Counted from the first letter of the stretch, positions 46,164-59,649 are shown. The stretch is DNA of 64,000 bases from Guillardia theta CCMP2712 (GCF_000315625.1 NW_005434646.1:1-64000); one strand, 5' to 3'. The notes: generated from the sequence alone by a model not told the origin. Made by a program: numbers and translations.

Positions 46164-48399
46164 CTACGTATGTTGCGGAGCGAAACTCATCCATCCCTTT
46201 GGCCTCCGCATCGCATCCTCCTTCGAAAGCATCATGATATGCTGAGTGACTCCCCTCATTTGACTCTCCTGCTCCTGGTTTGCCTCCACTCCCTGAGATG
46301 TCAAGCCTTGATCTCGTCCCCAGCAGGGCATTTCCTCACGCCCTGAAGGTACAACGAACACAAAGTTTACCCTCTCAAACTTGTTCTTGGCTCGCAGAGC
46401 TTTCAAGATGCTGAGCAATGAGTCCACTTTGATAGGATATTTCCCCTCTCGTGTTATATGGAACATGTAGAGAACCCCGCTGGCAGCGGCTGCCAGCGGG
46501 GCAGCAGCAGGTGTAGCTTTTGCTACACCTGCTCAGCAGCAGGTGTAGCTTTTTTGACTCATAGCCAGAATTAGGACTCGAAAAAGCAAAGTCGACAACA
46601 TGATCCCAATCCCTTTTCACAAGGGCCTCAAATATCATCGTCTCGGCCTTCTTCGAGCATATTCGAGCGGTAAAGGATCTGTAGTCAGTGCTGGGGGAAA
46701 GGTGAATCAGTTTCGATGGCATTCCAAGGTCGTCATTCACTGCTGCATCCATCTTCCTCTTGAGTGATGACACTGATTCTATTCCTGCAATAGCCTGCTC
46801 AAGTGTCTCTAAAGGTTTCACGACGATATTTCTCGGCACATTACCCCAATCCTCTACGATCTTCATCACTTCATCGGAGTCAATACGCCCCGATTGCATC
46901 ATGATGAAGAGTGACATCTCATCGTCTGACCACAACGGCAAGAAATATCTCTTCGCCGATCCAGTATTCAAAATGTCCTTGAACATCCCATACTTCGGTG
47001 AAGAGATTATGATTGTTTTTGCGGTTCGTGACATTGAATAGCTCCCCTGGTTGTTGTACAGATCACAGATATACCAGCGCCTAAACGTTTGAAGAAAGCG
47101 TTGCGCTACGGATCCATCCATGAAGAGGTTCCATGCTTCTCCATCAAAGTACCAATATTCACTCCCTATCTGATACACTACTTCCTCACCAGGCCGGAGG
47201 AGCTGAAGAAGTAAGAAGTATGCGAAGCAGGACTTCCCGATCCCTGGAGTACCTGTGAGGATCACTTGATGGCATCCTTGAGTGGTGTCCATGCCCTCTA
47301 GCGTCTCTGGGTCCAATTTGAAATCCTCTGCAATTTTCCGTCTCATCTCGAAGTAGCACTCTCGTATGAAGAGCTTGTTTCCAAGTGTCTCATGGCCTCC
47401 TAAGCATGCGGAGAAGCTGACGTATTCATTAGCCCATAAAACCTTTCCTAGGCATGCGGTAGTCCAGAGCTCTTTCAAGAAACTTAGCATGCCAACTAGC
47501 ATAAGTCCTGTTAGTACCCATGATAGCCACATTCAATTCTGTTTCACCTTCAGGTCTTGACATACTGTCTCTAAGTTGCACAGGACGTGGAATAAGCCCC
47601 TCAACCTGCTTATCCTTGTCTAAAAGCAGCTTCACCCTGTCCATAAGCTGCTGGTGGTACGCTACAAGCTGCTGCTGGTACGCTACAAGCTGCTTCTTGT
47701 CCTCTACAAGCTGCTTCTTGTCCTCTACAAGCTGCTGCTGGTACGCTACAAGCTGCTTCTTGTCCTCTACAAGCTGCTCCTTCAGCGTTGGGTCATTTTG
47801 ATCGTGCATCCTTCTCAACACATCTGTGATCTCTTGTTGTACACCTTCGATTTTTCCTTGTACACCTTCGATCTTTCCTTGTACACCTTCGATCTTTCCT
47901 TGTACACCTTCGATCTTTCCTTGTACAACTTTGATATCTTGTTGTACATCTCCGATCTCTTCATTTTTCCTCTCTTGTTGTTCTCCCTCGATTTTTGATT
48001 GCACTCCCTCGGTCCCTTCGTCCTGCTTTGTCAGAATCTCGAGCTCAAGAATGTTGGAGCTCCCCTGCATAACGGCTTTTGTGAATTGGTCTCTTAATTT
48101 TTTGCCATTCTTATCTGCGGCGTCAATGGCTACGTCCCAGACATTCAACATGTGTGGGGCTTCCTCTTGAACAGAAGCGTTCATCTCATCTCCGCCATCA
48201 TTTCCTCCCCGTATCCGAAGACAAGAGCGCTGACAAACAGCACTCTGCTCGCGATCGAACCGAGTCCACTGAAAGCAACACAATCCCTGCAGTAACAACA
48301 CAAGTTCAAAAAGCTTTTATCTAGCATTATGCCTACCTCTGAGCTCGAAATGATGATTGAGCTCAAGCAAAGGAATCCAAGAGGCGATACGAGCGACAT
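46164..48399 (-). pseudogene. Crinkler/RHS-like protein: leader, LRIRGG, heptad coiled coil, P-loop NTPase, truncated REase-like tail
   Basis: KLFIRECY, VILTGTPGIGKS, WYICD, IISSP, FLPLWS, WGNVPR and C-terminal FVFVVP. Frameshift ~47435 and lesion ~46475-46555. Confidence 0.75.
47644..47950. repeat. 21-bp coiled-coil-coding repeats (IEGVQGK; QLVEDKK/QLVAYQQ)
   Basis: Direct tandem 21-mers. Confidence 0.9.
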
Positions 48400-48609
48400 G
48401 GCACCCAAGACGCACTTCCCCCCTGCTGGCAAACAGCAAACTTAGGCTTGACGAGAAGGCTTGTTTGAAGTGAAGGTTGCCTGTATTCCCATTTGCTTTG
48501 GACCCTCACTAGAGTCGGGACCGATTTTTAACTTAACCGGCGAAGTTTGAGTAAAGCTAACTTGAAGTTGGATGATCCGCCAAGCAGGCTGCCTGGTCGG
48601 ATCCTTGCC

Positions 48610-51600
48610 ATGGCGCACGATGCTGTACCTCATGTCGTCAACGCCGTGGTGCTGTTGATGGTTTCAAGCTTGCATGGCAGCTTCTCTTTCTCTTTCTCTT
48701 CTCTTCACCCTGCCTCACGATCCTTGCACTTACCTAGTCATACCCCGTCTATTCGAAAGTTAAGCTGCTTTGATGGAATGAGAAATTCTCTTCGTTTGTC
48801 CTCAATGAAGCTTGCAGATGACAGAGAAAATACGACCGATCTAGTCAACCTCCTTCGGGACTTTCGAAATGGTATCCATCAAGAAGATGAAAGCAAACTT
48901 ATCTTCGATGCTCAGCTATCTTCTAAAGACAGGGCCCTCCTACATGAAGCCTGCGAAAGGCTTGGATTGGGTCACGAAAGCTTTGGACAGAATGAGGAAA
49001 GGAGGCTATCTGTTTGGAAAATACAGACCGCAGATAGATTAGAAGATATTGAGAATGCACTTCGCATTGAAAAAACAGCGGCGAGGAAGCAATGGGAAGA
49101 AGCGATGGCATTCTCAGAACCGAACGAGATGGAGGCTGCTGGTATGCTGCTGCTGAACGCAAGGATACAAAACGTTGACGTGACGGACTTTGGCCGCTTC
49201 AAATGGACGTTGGCTGAGGATGCTTCAAGGAAAGGACACATGACGCGATTCAATGTGAAGACTGGAAGTCCAGTTGTCCTCGCACAACGCTCGAAATCCG
49301 GGCAGTGGCAAGCGAGTCAAGCATCAGGATCATTTGGTTTCATCATCAGCACTCGGAGAGGGTCGTTGGATGTAATCTTTGAAGTTCACCCAGATCAAGT
49401 CGAAAATATAGAGAACACAGAGTCAATCAGCTTGCTGGCTTCTCCTGATTCTGTCACTTATGACAGACTGCTCCAAGGCACCAGGAAGTGCCGAAACCTT
49501 GGTGGAGACTCGAAACAGATTCTTGACATGATGTTTGAGAATGATCTGGATGATATGGTCCTTTTGATGTCTGAGACATTTGTGAGGCTGAATCTTGAGC
49601 AGAAAGAAGCACTGAATACATCACAACAATTCAAGCTTGAGTTCTTTGATTCTATGTTGAATCAAGAACAGAGGGATGCTGTAGAAAAGTGTTGTTCACC
49701 TCAAAAAACTTCTGTACTCCCTATTCAATTGATTCATGGCCCTTTTGGAACTGGGAAAACAAAAACTTTAGTTGAGGTATACTAAACAAGGTACATGGAG
49801 TGATTTAATCATGGTTGGCAGATTATCCGACAGAGGATTAAACTAGATCAGCGGATCCTTGTTTGCGCCGCATCAAATGCGGCTGTGGACAATCTCGCTA
49901 TTGGACTGCTCCGAGCTGATGTGATTTCTTCTTATATTGAAGTTTCATACATTGACAGACCTGAACTAGCCAAACCTTCAACTAGCAAGGGCTGGGCTAC
50001 CTGAAAGAGTCGATGAACAACTTTCAGGTGTAACTCTGGCTGCATTGCAGAAAAAGGAACCCAGCGCAGCTCTATCGAAATCGTTATTTCAACAAGCAAA
50101 TGAAGAGCTACGCGTTTCTGAAAAATGGAGGAGAAGCACGAACGGTGCTGCAATTCGCAGAGAGGCGAGGAAGGAGAGCCGTGAGTTGTTCAGAGATGCG
50201 AGGCAACTGCAAAAAGAGGTTCAGCGCATCCTCTCTCTATGATTGTTAATGTCTTGTTTACCGAAGGCAGTCAGTGCGACCTTGCGGAAAGTGAGAATTT
50301 TGTGTGGTACGCTTACCGGCTTTGTGTCAGCCCTGCAAGAGGTCTAGGAGATGTGACCGCTTTCGATTTGCCTAAAACAATGCGAAGGCAAGAGACGATG
50401 AATTGGTTTTGTTCGACGCAGTCATTGTTGATGAAGCCAGCCAGGTTGCTGTCTCAGCTCCAACTATCACATTTTAATGAATGCAAGCAGGCGTTGACAG
50501 CAGCAATTTTACAGACTCTGCCTTACGTCAAAAATCAGACAAAACAGTCCGTTTACTCCCATTTACCCCGGATGATTTTGGCAGGAGATCATCGTCAACT
50601 TCCCCCTACAGTCCTCGCTGAAGATAGGGGCGCAAGAACTGTACTTCAAAGCACCATCTTTGAGGCTGACGTCTTTACCACATTTACTTAGATCTGACAT
50701 CGTTCCAGGAGTTAATGGAAAGAGATGGAGGGGGTTTAGGCGGGAACAAAGCAATTATTCGACTCGACCAAAGCGAGGTGAAACAGAAAGAAGATCTTCG
50801 TGATGCCCTTTGATTTGAAATATTTGCAAATCAGATTGTCGCAAGAGCTCAAAATCTTGTTTCAGCAAACTTATCAGAAGGAAACCTTGGAGGCCAACTT
50901 TGGAGTCAGACGCTTTTCCGGCAATACAGGATGCCAGCGTCGTTGATGGCTTTCCCAGCAGCATCTTTTTACGGAGGGTTGCTGAGACCTGAGTGTCAGA
51001 ACGCCGGTGGCTACAGTTATTTGAACTGCAGTGACGAAAGCGAAACGTCATTATTGTTGAGAAAGACATGTCTGTTTGAGGCGATTGATACAGCTGGCGC
51101 GGGGTTCGACGAAGAAACAGTCACAAGTGCAGCTCCGACAGAGGGAAGCCGTTCATCTTCAGCAGTTCTTGTTCGAGACTTCTCGACGCTCAATCGAGAG
51201 CAGGCTGAACTGACTCTCCGTATTGTAAGAGAATTGGTGGAGGTCTGGAATATCCCACCCCATGACATTGGAGTAATAACTCCATACAACGCGCATGCTT
51301 CACTTTTGAGGGAAAGGATGCAATCAGATGCCTGCATGCAATCTATCGACGTGAGCACCGTGGATGGTTTTCAAGGACAAGAGAAAGTTGCAATCGTGTT
51401 TGATTCTGTAAGAAGCAACGCTGATTGTGAGGTGAACGGCATCTAGTTTGCTTCTACACCATGATGAAGTTTTAGGTTGGCTTCCTGTCCGATTACAGAA
51501 GGATTAACGTGGCTCTCACTCGAGCAAAGCGAAAACTCGTTGTGGTTGGTGACTCGGCAACGTTGACAAGCGATCCGGTTTGGGCAGCATTTTGGGACTG

Positions 51601-51730
51601 GGCAGCAATGCCTGGCAGTGGCGATGCTGAGTCTTTTTCAATTGCGTACCGTTCGTATTATGAATTGCCACCAGAAGGAGGATGGTGAGTTCACTGTCTA
51701 CCAGTGCGAACAGAAATTTTGGTTGACTTT
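48610..51730 (+). CDS. SF1 Upf1/IGHMBP2-like helicase with N-terminal targeting leader and R3H domain (multi-exon; 3' end approximate)
   Basis: R3H: [24 protein letters not shown]. Helicase motifs: [67 protein letters not shown]. Confidence 0.88.
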
Positions 51731-51954
51731 TCATCTTAATTTTTTCGGCACTTCAATATTTGATGAACACAAAACACAAAACACTATATTTTTACATTGT
51801 CCTACCCATTCTCTTCCTTCCTCGTCAATTTTCTTTCGCCTAGTATTTCTCCAACTAAAGTTTCAAATGAAATCAAAGCTAGATCACTTTTTCTTCCTTC
51901 TTCTTCATCCCCTCCCCTCCCCCCTCCTCTCCTCTACGCGTGGTTCTTTCGTCA

Positions 51955-52066
51955 ACATGTTTGTTCGTGGCTTATCTCATGTTTGTTCCTGGCTTGCCTC
52001 ATGTTTGTTCCTGGCTTACCTCATGTTTGTTCCTGGCTTACCTCATGTTTGTTCCTGGCTTACCTC
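51955..52066. repeat. 22-bp tandem repeat (CTCATGTTTGTTCCTGGCTTAC) x ~5, intergenic
   Basis: Period 22 at 51976, 51998, 52020 and 52042. Confidence 0.9.
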
Positions 52067-52170
52067 GCCATTGGCAACAGATTTGACCACCTTCGCCCAT
52101 TTGGTTACCACATTTTGAACCGTCCTTTGACCCAGGTTTGACCAGGATTTGAGTGCAGGCGTGTGTGATC

Positions 52171-55100
52171 ATGGTAGAGGTAGCGGAGATGTTGTCGGCT
52201 CTGACGCGTCAGATGGGGAGGGCGTTGAACGAAGCTCAGCAGCTGGAGGAAGACGCTAGCAGTCTCCTTCCCCGTACCCCACCAACCGTCAGAAGGACAC
52301 ATCGCAGGCACATGCCCAACCCTCAAGAACTTTGTGACTCCGAGCAAGCCGAGTTGAGTGGTAGGAAGGTTGCGGGCGGGAGATGGGGCTCCTCTGAGAG
52401 GTTCAAGGCCAAGAAGCAGAATGCTGAAGTTGGTCCTGGACATTATCAACCTGATGTCAGCAAGGTTGTGCGTAGGACGCCAGGAGCGCGTATTTGCCCG
52501 CCCACAAGAAAGAATCTAGCTGCACATCTCAACGAGTTCCAGAAGCTCCTGGAAAAAAGCGAAGTTGGCCCTGGAAAGTACTCTCCTCAATACTTTGCAA
52601 CAAGCGAATGGGTCTCTACCCATGCACCTTGCATCCCGCAACCAAGAATCGCTTCAACGGCCCGTGTTATACAGACTCACGATTGCGAAGCCTTATACTG
52701 CAAATCTCAACGCTCTGGTTATGCACTTTCCGAGAAAAGCTTTTCTGATCGCAAAAGTGTTGGTTGCTTGAAATGGATGCCAGATTACTTTCCTGAAAGA
52801 CCCGTGCAGCATACCCCCGGTCCAGGAAGCTACGACCCTCTCTTCCAATTTGTCAGCGAACGAATACCTGGCAGTTCGTGGCAGAGAAGTTCACTTTCCT
52901 CGAACGGGAAGCTCAGTCAAGCCATTCTGTCTCATGCAAATGACATTGTTCCTGGACCGGGAAGTTACGACGTCAAGACAGACCTTCTCTTTCGAAGAAG
53001 TTCCAGCGCACTCTTTGTTTCATCTCGTCAGCTCGAGACTAGCGAAGATGAGAGTTGGGGAGACAAATTGATCTTGCAGCCCAACTTCAGTCTGGTGCAT
53101 CCGCGAATCAGATGTTCTGTGACATATCGAGAGCCTTCTGTGCTGTCTCTTGCTTCAACTGAGCGTGCAGCATCAACTTCATCAGTTTCATCTCTCGACT
53201 CATCCTGTCTCTCAATTTTGAGCACCAAACGCCGATCGTTGTCATATTCTTTTTGCAAGGGTGTGGGATCGCGAAATCAGAGTCGAAATTACAAAACAAT
53301 TGGTCCTAGTGATTACATGCCAAACTACAAATTTGTATCAAGGAGAACGGCAACATGTGTCATTGCTAGGGCACATCGAGGTCTGTTAGAGAAGGAACAG
53401 CAAAGAGAATTGTACGGGGACGTGCTGTACATCGATCCTGAGACGTCATATAAGACAACTGTCAAAACCCAACCACGAATAGTCTTTTCCAGACACAAGA
53501 AACCCTCTTTCCTTTCGCATCAGACTTCGTATCTGGGACCCAACGACAGTGGCGTGCTCGTGGGGAAGCTAGCTGAGTATACCCCTTCCATCGACATGTC
53601 AAGAACCTCCGCACGAGCGTCCGCAAGCAAGGATGAGGACGCGAGGCTGGGCCCAGGGTACTACTATGTAGACGACACGCTCACGGCTAGGAGGGTGCCC
53701 GCAGCGTTCATCAGCCCTCCGGCACCGGAAGACGAGGTGGAGGAGGACAGAGAGGGAGATCGGCTAGTGCTGGAAACGTCAGCAGCCGATGAGATGACGA
53801 GGCGGAGAGTCGTGATGATGGTGGACATCGGCAGGCAGATGGGCCGGGAGGAGGCGACGAGGAGGGACCGAGCGCCGGAAGCTCTCGACTACAATCCCGA
53901 GGTCCCGCGAGACATCAGGGGCTTCAGCATGGCGACGCAGTCAAGCAGGAAGGAGAACGATCCAAGGAGGGGAGGGAAGTCACTTGCTCAACAAGTACCC
54001 AAGCCAGCTACAGCCTGGTAGAGAACAGCGGGGAGGGCATACAGCATCGGGAAGAGCAAGCGGACCAAGCGAGGATGGTGGGGAGGAGGAAGACAGAGGG
54101 GGGGACGTGCTAATCCTGGATACGAACAAGGGGTGGGAGTACCTGAGAGTCCGACACGACATTGCAGGTTTTGATAAGCAGGAAGGACGACCGGAGGCTG
54201 TCGCAGGGCAGCACTTGTCTTCTTATCTGGGACCCAACGACAGTGGCGTGGTTGTGGGGAAGCTAGCTGAGTATACCCCTTCCATCGACATGTCAAGAAC
54301 CTCCGCACGAGCGTCCGCAAGCAAGGATGAGGACGCGAGGCTGGGCCCAGGGTACTACTATGTAGACGACACGCTCACGGCTAGGAGGGTGCCCGCAGCG
54401 TTCATCAGCCCTCCGGCACCGGAAGACGAGGTGGAGGAGGACAGAGAGGGAGATCGGCTAGTGCTGGAAACGTCAGCAGCCGATGAGATGACGAGGCGGA
54501 GAGTCGTGATGATGGTGGACATCGGCAGGCAGATGGGCCGGGAGGAGGCGACGAGGAGGGACCGAGCGCCGGAAGCTCTCGACTACAATCCCGAGGTCCC
54601 GCGAGACATCAGGGGCTTCAGCATGGCGACGCAGTCAAGCAGGAAGGAGAACGATCAAGGAGGGGAGGGAAGTCACTTGCTCAACAAGTACCAAGCCAGC
54701 TACAGCCTGGTAGAGAACAGCGGGAGGGCATACAGCATCGGGAAGAGCAAGCGGACAAGCGAGGATGGTGGGGAGGAGGAAGACAGAGGGGGGGACGTGC
54801 TAATCCTGGATACGAACAAGGGGTGGGAGTACCTGAGAGTCCGGCATGGGATTGTGGAGTTTGGAAAGTTGACAGGGCGCGTGAGTGAGATTATTGAGTC
54901 GTCAGACCCGTCACAGGATCTTGTCGACTGGGAGGGAGCGCGTGGGGTCGCGGAGAAGACTTTGGGATTCGTTGACTTCAGTCGGATGACAGCGAGGAAG
55001 GAACCTTTCTCAGCTACAACCTCAGCTGTTCTGGGCCCTGGTGCATATGAAATTCAAGACCATCTCTTGTTCAGAGACTGCTTTCACGTATCGTTTGGTC

Positions 55101-57121
55101 GACAGAGGCGATTTTCAGATGACAAGTACGAGGATGACGAGGGCGATCGCCTGGTTTTATACCCAGAGAGAGCTGAAAGTCTGATTCGCCCAAATATTCC
55201 AAGTTTCACTTTCATTTTTCAACCTTCTGCTCTTGTTTCAGAATGGGCCAGCAAAAAAATCTTTGTCCGAGGTCATGATGGAGAACTCTTTGAATTGCCT
55301 TCGATTGGAAGCAGAGTGAGAATGAAACAGCTGTCTGAAATCTTCTCAGCATGGAGACGACCTGATTTCTATGAAATCAAAGAAACCTTGACGCGAAAAA
55401 GCTGTTACCAGAAAACTCTTGTTGACATCGGCAAGGCTTCGAATGTTAGAAAAGTGGATATTGGGATGAAACTTCAGTTTGACGACACTATATCAACCTC
55501 TCTGCCGATTGTGAAACAGATCCATAAAGGTGGTCTCTTGGATAAAGCTGGGTCGATCCAGAAAGGAGATAAGATAGTCAAAATTGTGGGAAAGGATGGG
55601 AGGACGATGGATTTGCATCGATGGGCTATGAAATCAAGAAATAAAGGAGCCTCTCGCAAACTGCCAGCAGACACTTCCAATCAGGTCAACCATCTCGGTC
55701 CTTGGAGAGAATGCGTGATATCTTCTCCGGGTACATCAACACGATCGAGGACTCAACAACATTCTTTCTTTTTCAATGTTCAAACAAAGGAGAAACTTTG
55801 GTCTTTTGACGTTTGGTCCAGGAAAGATGAGGTTGTGCGAAATATTATGCAGGAGATCGAAGAACTACAATTTCCGATCACCATTCACTTCCGAAGACAC
55901 CAATCCCATTGCACATTGCAAGTCCTGGTGGAAAACTTTCAAGATTTTCTGTATGGAGCGTATGATCCCAAGTACGACCTGGTTGAACGTGACTTGCGGT
56001 CTGTCTCAGACTTTGTGACAGCAAATGGAAGAGAGTCATCATTGGAAGCCAAGGCGAGGATGCGACTGTTCCAGAAGAACATGACATTGAGTGCTCTCAA
56101 GACGCTTCCAACGCATCTTGCTGCTCCTCCTTCTGAAGCTACCAACAGAGATTTCACATCCCAAAAGTTGGCGCTCCGTGATAAGCATGAACGAATGTTT
56201 CGAAGTTTGCGAGAAAAGCACAAGCAGGAGGCAGAGGAGATTGATGGAGAGGAAGCTGAATCGCTGAAGCTTCGACATTCTCAAGAGAGAAAATCGTTGA
56301 GGAAGAAGATTAGGAGGGAAGAAGAAGCTTTGGAACGATCGCTGCAAGAACAGCAGCTGATCTCGCTGGACAAGTCAGAGATTGAGAGGGAGGTTTCCAA
56401 GATAGTCCTCCAGCAACATCTGGAGCTTGATGCAGGAGCGCGGCTGAGGGAGACTGAAAGGCAACGGCGAGTGAGGTTCGCCCCTGAGAACGAGGCTCTC
56501 CTGCACACCGCTGCCTACTCGCAAGCGGCTCCTGCAGGGAAGAAGTGGATCCAGAAAGGAAAGTCGCACACCTGCCCTGACGTTCGAGGACTGACCGACC
56601 AAGAGGTTCAAGACTGGAAGCTGCACACTGAGTACCGAGGCTTCTCTGGGAGTGACGACCTCGTCAAGTGGTTCTGGCAGCTTATGGAGAGCTGGAGCCC
56701 GCGCAGAAGGGCCGAAACCCTTCAGTTGGCGACGGGAACAGCAGCAGCACCTAGGGGAGGTTTCGGGTGTTTGTTCGGGCATGACATCAAACACTCGGAT
56801 CGGCCGATTCCTTTCTCAATTAGGAGGATAGCTGAGCGAGGCGACAAGAAACAGAAACAGCTAAGATCGTTTCCTCCTCTGAACCGCCTGTACCTCCCTG
56901 AGTGAGCCCATGTTCTTCCTCTTGGATCTCAGCTGACAGTGCACAGGTATCGCTCCAAGCAGGAGCTGGCGGAGGGACTGAAGAAGGCGATAGGGGAGAT
57001 GATGAATTTACATATCAAGTCGCGGGCAGAGGCACCGGCAGTCTCCTCCGCAACGTTGCAAAACGACATCACGTGCAGACAAGTACCCGCGGCGGCAAAT
57101 CACATCTTTGTACTGAATTAA
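52171..57121 (+). CDS. Large SHIPPO (PGPGxY)-repeat protein with PDZ-like, WW-like, coiled-coil and partial HECT domains; frameshift ~53960-54070 likely artefactual
   Basis: VGPGHY, PGPGSY and LGPGYY repeats. PDZ-like IHKGGLLDKAGSIQKGDKIVKI. WW-like GPWRE..FFFNVQTKEKLW. HECT DWKLHTEY..VKWFWQ..LQLATG..NRLYLPE|YRSKQEL. Intron ~56902-56947. Confidence 0.75.
53530..54845 (+). repeat. Near-identical intragenic tandem duplication, period ~690 bp
   Basis: 53530-54154 repeats at 54224-54845. Confidence 0.93.
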
Positions 57122-57167
57122 TGCGGGATTGACGAGATTTGAGAGAAATGTAAAGCCAGAAAATAAG

Positions 57168-59512
57168 CTAGACAAAGGCAGGAGCGTCGAGAAGCGCCAT
57201 GACGAGGCCAACGCCGTATCCTGTTCCTCGTTCATCCTGAGATTGTTGTCAATCACCTCAACCCTAAACCCTCTCCCTCTCTTCTCCTCTCACCACAAAC
57301 GCCGGCCCCGCCATGTCTACGTGCAGCCATTCGCCCTTGAAATCCTTCGGCAGATGCTGGTGGATGAAGATTCCTGCGCAAGAGCTCTGGGCGTTGGATC
57401 GGTCCTTCACCTGGTATTGCGTCATCGCATCACACCCCATCCACGTGACGAGCGCTCACGCTGTTCTTCATGTCGGCAACCTTTTGATGGTTTTGTCACA
57501 GGGTGCGATCGCACAAACACAAGGATACCTTGGACTTGAACTCGTCCTTAAAAATCTCTGGGCAGAAAGGCAAAGGATGACATAGATCGCCACTTTTCTT
57601 GCCAGCCATGATTGCTCCTGACGCGGAAGATGACCAGAGTGAAATGCAGGATGAGGGCACTAACGATTCTCTAGCTCCTCTGAGTTGCAGACAAGCGCAG
57701 CGTGCTTCTTTCCTGTCGATATGAGCTGTGCTCCAGTGAGGGTTGCCATGTCGATCTTGAAAACATGTCACACAAACTCAGCTTTCACGTCATTTTTCGT
57801 GTACCAAAATGTCGGGAGAAAGGTGCTTGCAGGCATGGGCTACGCCATCTGCAAGAAGAAGTCGACCTACAAAGCTGTCATCAAGACAAAAATTCCTTGT
57901 CGCGTCCTCTCAAGCACCTTCGGCATCCGTGTTGTTGATCTCCACACACAGGCCCGAATACCTGCAGCAGGTCAGCAGCGCAAGTGAGCTCATGCGCCGT
58001 CACATTCGCAGGATGTCATCGTTGCGAAGGGCATTCGGTCCAATAGCATTCTCAGCCAAGCAGAGAACGAGGTGAATTCTCTTGTTGACTTTCGACTCGA
58101 CAAGTCCTGCCAGCCAACCAGTCGGTCACTATTGATGAGGCAAAGAGCGATGACAACGCACCATAGAAAGCTCCCAAGAGACCCGCAGCGCCTGCCATGT
58201 CTGCTTTCATTCCCACCTGCCGGTCGCATCAGCAAGCTCCTCTTCCTATCTGTGGCAACCATGCTTCCGGATATCTTGAGGGAGAGACCACCGGTGTCAT
58301 ACATGACGCCCTTGCCGACGAGACATACCTGCGAGCAACAGGAAGGGATGAGCCACGCTTTCGTCTCCCCTTCACCGTCTTACTGTTTGCGACGCTCCTT
58401 CAGGATCATATGAAAGAATTGCAAGGGCAGGCTGATTGACTGCAGCCTTGCCCACCCCTGCCACCATTCGTCATGAAGGACTCACAGTACGGCAGCGACG
58501 GCAGCACCCCAGATACCCCCGTATCCTCTATCTCGGAGCTCCGGCCCTCGGATGACGTCCATTTTGACCTGTCATGCATGAGGAGCTCTGCATCGTCACG
58601 TGCACAGACTCACATTCTTGCACTTGTCAGCGACTTTCTTGGCTTCTTGGAGGAACGTGTCCACGTTCTGTGACATCAAGGGGTTTGAAATGCAGAGGAA
58701 GCAGAGAGGAAAGATACCATTGTCTCCGGGGGCTCATCAACAAGCCTCATGGAGAGAGAGACAGCCTCGCGCACAATGTCGCAGGATCGCAAGCGGTTGA
58801 GGTCCTGAATCTGCGAGCCATCGGGTTTCACTAGGTTGACGACGATGCTCCGATCGCCTTGGTTGGGAGCAGCTTCGCCGTTGTCCCTCCTCTTCATGGA
58901 GAAGCTAGGCAGCGCTTTCGCTAGAGCTGACGCTACAGGCCCGCACCCTCCGTCCTCGCCTATTGCAACAACGACGCGCGCATTCCCATTCTGACCGAGA
59001 TTGGTCTGGAGGAGCGATGCGAGGGTGTGGACTTGTGCGAGGCTGTTGTGGCGGGAGACCTTGTCAGCCAAGAGGCCCATGACGACTCTCACAACACTCT
59101 CCTTCTCTTTCGCCCAGGTCGATGATGATGAACCCGGCCCGCCCTCGCTGAGCTCCTTCATCATTGCATCAACTACCGTCTGGTCCAGGCTTGGAGGGAT
59201 ATGCTTCCGAAGGCCCCCGTCCTTGAAATCGCCGATGTTTCCTATCAGCACCAACACGTTCGTCTGCTCCTTTGTCTCCAGCGGTCCGAACTTTACCTGA
59301 GCAGATCCCGCCATCGCCCTGCAACCTCGGAGGCTGCACTGGCGAGAAGTTCGCGTCCTAGGCTTGCCAACCTGATCAAAAGCACCGGACGAGGCCTTGT
59401 GGCAGGGAAAGTTTCGGACGGCATGGTTGAAGCCAGGCAGAGGAAAAGCTGCCGCCCTCCTCCCCACCATTGCTGCCATTATCATGGCATAAGCCACCGC
59501 AGCTCTCGCCAT
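57168..59512 (-). CDS. M17 leucyl aminopeptidase (NPEPL1-like) with bipartite plastid-type leader (multi-exon)
   Basis: VGKGVMYDTGGLSLK, MKADMAGAA, NNTDAEG|RL, GTGYGVGL. N-terminus ..AAAFP. Confidence 0.9.
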
Positions 59513-59649
59513 GGGATCCGAGTTTTCAGCAAGAGGAAACCTAACCCGCCTCGTCTTAACTACTTAGTAGGAAGAGAGAGGCAGCACCAAAAGTATTTCT
59601 CTGCCCTTGCGCTTAGTTGAGCCTCGACTACGGAACCGTCAGGCGCGCC

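Noticed and set aside
45301-46245. Gene call, including a YYKVLGIDK DnaJ-like string
   Set aside because: No HPD motif or consistent exon chain could be built by eye.
51955-52066. 22-bp repeat as a solo 5' array of the telomeric elements
   Set aside because: Only 8 nt (GCCAGGAA) shared with the C unit; no ORF1 or telomeric flank.
53960-54070. Programmed frameshift in the SHIPPO gene
   Set aside because: Four single-base homopolymer extensions relative to the duplicate copy point to sequencing error.
57260-57273. AACCCTAAACCCT as a healed break or insertion target
   Set aside because: Only about two units inside an intron of an intact gene; compatible with chance or a telo-box.
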